A stretch of 64,000 nt of DNA, from NCBI RefSeq assembly GCF_009914755.1, contig NC_060947.1; one strand, 5' to 3'. Both the position numbers and the translations under genes were made by a program. How positions within the stretch are numbered: the first letter of the stretch is position 1; each line of letters opens with the position of its first letter. The notes below the pieces were generated by a model. It did no database searches. It was not told the DNA's origin and worked only from the letters and a program-made list of their open reading frames with translations. This document shows, piece by piece, positions 61,495-64,000 of this stretch. Origin of the DNA: the human T2T-CHM13v2.0 reference genome, Homo sapiens.

Positions 61495-63049
61495 AAAGTT
61501 TATATGGGATCAAAAAAGAGTACAAATAGCCAAAGCAATCCTAAGCAAAACACACAAAGCTAGAGCCATTACATAGCCTGACATCAAATCATACTACAAG
61601 GTTATAGTAACTAAAACGGCATTGTACTAGTACCAAAATAGACACACAGATCAATGGAACGGAATAGAAAATCCCGAAATAAAGCCACACACCTATGACC
61701 AACTGACCTTCAACAAAACCAGCATAAATAAGCAATAAAGAAAGAACTCCTTTTTCAATAATTGGTGCTGAATAAATTGGCCAGCCATATGCAGAAGAAT
61801 AAATCTGGACCTTCACCTATCATGATATACAAAAATTAACTCAAAATGGATTAAAGACCTAAATGTAAAGCCTGAAACTATAAAAATTCCAGAAGAAAAT
61901 CAAGGAGAAACTCTTCTGGTCATTGATTTAGGAAAATAATTTATAAATAAGACCTCAAAAGTGAATACAAAATAAAAACCCAAAATAGACAAAAGGGACC
62001 AAACTAAACTAAGAAGGTTCTGCACAGCAATAGAAATATTCAACAGAGTAAACAGACAACCTACAAAGTGGGAGAAAATATTTGCAAATTAATCCTCTGA
62101 CAAAAATAATCTTCAAGGAACTCAAACAACTCAACAAGAAAAAACAAACAACTTCATTAAAAAGTGGACAAAGAACAAGAATGAGCATTTTTTTAAAAGA
62201 CGACATACAAGCAGCTAAGAAACATGAAATAATGCACATCAGTAATAATCAGATAAACGCAAATTAAAACAACAATGAGAAACTAGTTTATACTAGTCAG
62301 AATTATTATTAAAAAATCAAAAACAATAGATGTTGGCACGGGTGTGGAGAAACACAGATGTTTATGCACTGTTGGTGGGAATTTAAGTTAGCACAAGCCT
62401 CGTGTAAAACAGTATGAAACTATTTCAAAGAACTGAAAATAGAACTACCATTCTACCCAGCAATCTAACTACTATCTACCCAAAGGAAAATAAGTTATTG
62501 TATAAAAAACAAATCTGCACTCATATGTTTACTCTATTCATAGTAGCAAAGTCATGAGATTAACCTCATTGTCTTCACTGGTTAATTGAATAAATATAAT
62601 GTGGTATACATACACAATGAAATACTGTGCAGCCATAAAAAGAATAAAATCTTGTTCTTTGCCAGAATATGGATGGAGCTGGAGGCCATTGTCCTAAGTA
62701 AAATAACTCAGAAACAAAAAATCAAACACTGCAGGGTCTCACTTATTAGTTGGAGATAAACAATGGGAACACATAGACACAAAGATGAATGTTATGAACA
62801 CTGGGGTCTCCAAACAAGGGGAAGGGGAGAGGAGTGTGAGTGTTGTAAAAATATCTATTGGGTACAATGTTCACTGTTTGAATGATGGGTATACCAGAAG
62901 CCCAAACCTTACCATTATGCACTATATTCATGTAAGAAACCTACACATGTACCCCTTGAAAATAAAGTTAAAATGCATATTCTATTTCAGTTGTGCATAA
63001 AATGAGTGAAAAAAATATAAGAAAAGAGTATAAATATTTTATTTCTAGT

Positions 63050-63449
63050 GTGCTTCCCTCCACCAAAAATGATGAATGATGACAAGTGTTGTCAAGGATG
63101 TGAAAAACAGGGTACACTTGTACCTAATTGGTAAAAATGTAAACTAGTAAAACTATTTTAAAAATTGTATGGAGCTTTCTCAGAAAGATAAAAATAGAAT
63201 TACAATATGATCCAGCAATCCCACCCCCTGGTATTTACTCCAAAGGGTTGAAATCTGTATGTTGAAAAGAAGTCTGCATTTTCATGTTCATTGCAGCATT
63301 GTTCGTAATAGCCAAGTTATAGAATAAACCTTAGTGTCTATCAACAGATGAATGTTGGCATGGATGTGGAGAAACAGGGATGCTTATGCACTGTTGGTGG
63401 GAATAAAGAAAGATATGAAGATGAATGAAGAAAGATAAAGTGGTATATA
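63050..63449 (+). mobile_element. Old L1M ORF2 3' fragment
   Basis: 'atagaattacaatatgatccagcaatcccac' and 'catgttcattgcagcatt'. Confidence 0.7.
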
Positions 63450-63845
63450 AAGGCATGTTTTATTTAATTCCACTTCACAGTTATTGCCTTTTTTTTTTTT
63501 TTTTTTGCAAATTGAAGGTTTGTGGCAATCCTGCATCAACCAAATTTATCAGTGTCATTTTTCCAACAACATGTGTTCACATAATGTTTTTGTCATATTT
63601 TGGTAATTCTCATAATATTTTAAGTCTTTTCATTTTATTATATTTTTCATGGTGGTCTGTGATTAGTGATCTTACTATTGAAATTGTTTTGAGAGGCTAA
63701 TTATGCCCATATAAGACAGTGACCTTAATGAATATACATGCATATTTTGACTGATCTACTTTCTGGCTATTCCTCTATCTCTCTCCCTCTCCTCAGGCCT
63801 CCTTATTTCCTGAGACATAACAATATTAAAATTAGGTTAATTATA
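63450..63845 (+). mobile_element. Tigger1 DNA transposon 5' fragment
   Basis: 'aaattgaaggtttgtggcaatcctgc...tttttccaaca...ttttggtaattctc...gcccatataagac...aacaatattaaaattagg' matches the Tigger1 5' region. Confidence 0.85.

Positions 63846-64000
<155 letters not shown>

Larger units (their letters stand above)
55705..62975 (+). mobile_element. L1PB4-type element from the ORF1 C-terminus to the 3' end, with nested insertions
   Basis: Degenerate ORF2 fragments at 56844-57674 and 60000-62750. L1PB4-like 3'UTR 'ctattgggtacaatgttcactg...agaagcccaaacc'. Confidence 0.78.

Overview
Human non-genic DNA made almost entirely of nested retroelements. The species call rests on a full-length L1HS Ta-0 element. 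The extreme L1 density and an LDHB retrocopy suggest Xq13, which is inference. About 90% is L1 (estimated by eye): old L1M/L1MA/L1PB scaffolds interrupted by L1PA13, PA8, PA7, PA5/4, PA3, PA2 and HS copies. There are also five Alus, an MSTA solo LTR carrying an LDHB processed pseudogene, a MADE1 remnant, a Tigger1 fragment and a TA-derived minisatellite. No host protein-coding gene was found. The only intact long ORF is L1HS ORF2 (46787-50614, minus strand). The top finding is that the target-site duplication (TSD) of this L1HS also encloses a 135-bp MLT2A1 (HERV-L LTR) exon. That exon starts with an extra cap-like G and ends at the LTR splice donor. The copy therefore appears to derive from a capped, spliced, LTR-initiated MLT2A1-L1 chimeric mRNA, and it landed in the spacer of a MADE1 hairpin. 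Other findings are two 3' transductions, an L1 with two 5' ends inside one TSD pair, a twin-primed inversion, a hairpin-forming L1-in-L1 insertion and two templated-insertion junctions. Subfamily calls come from remembered consensus diagnostics, not from a database search.
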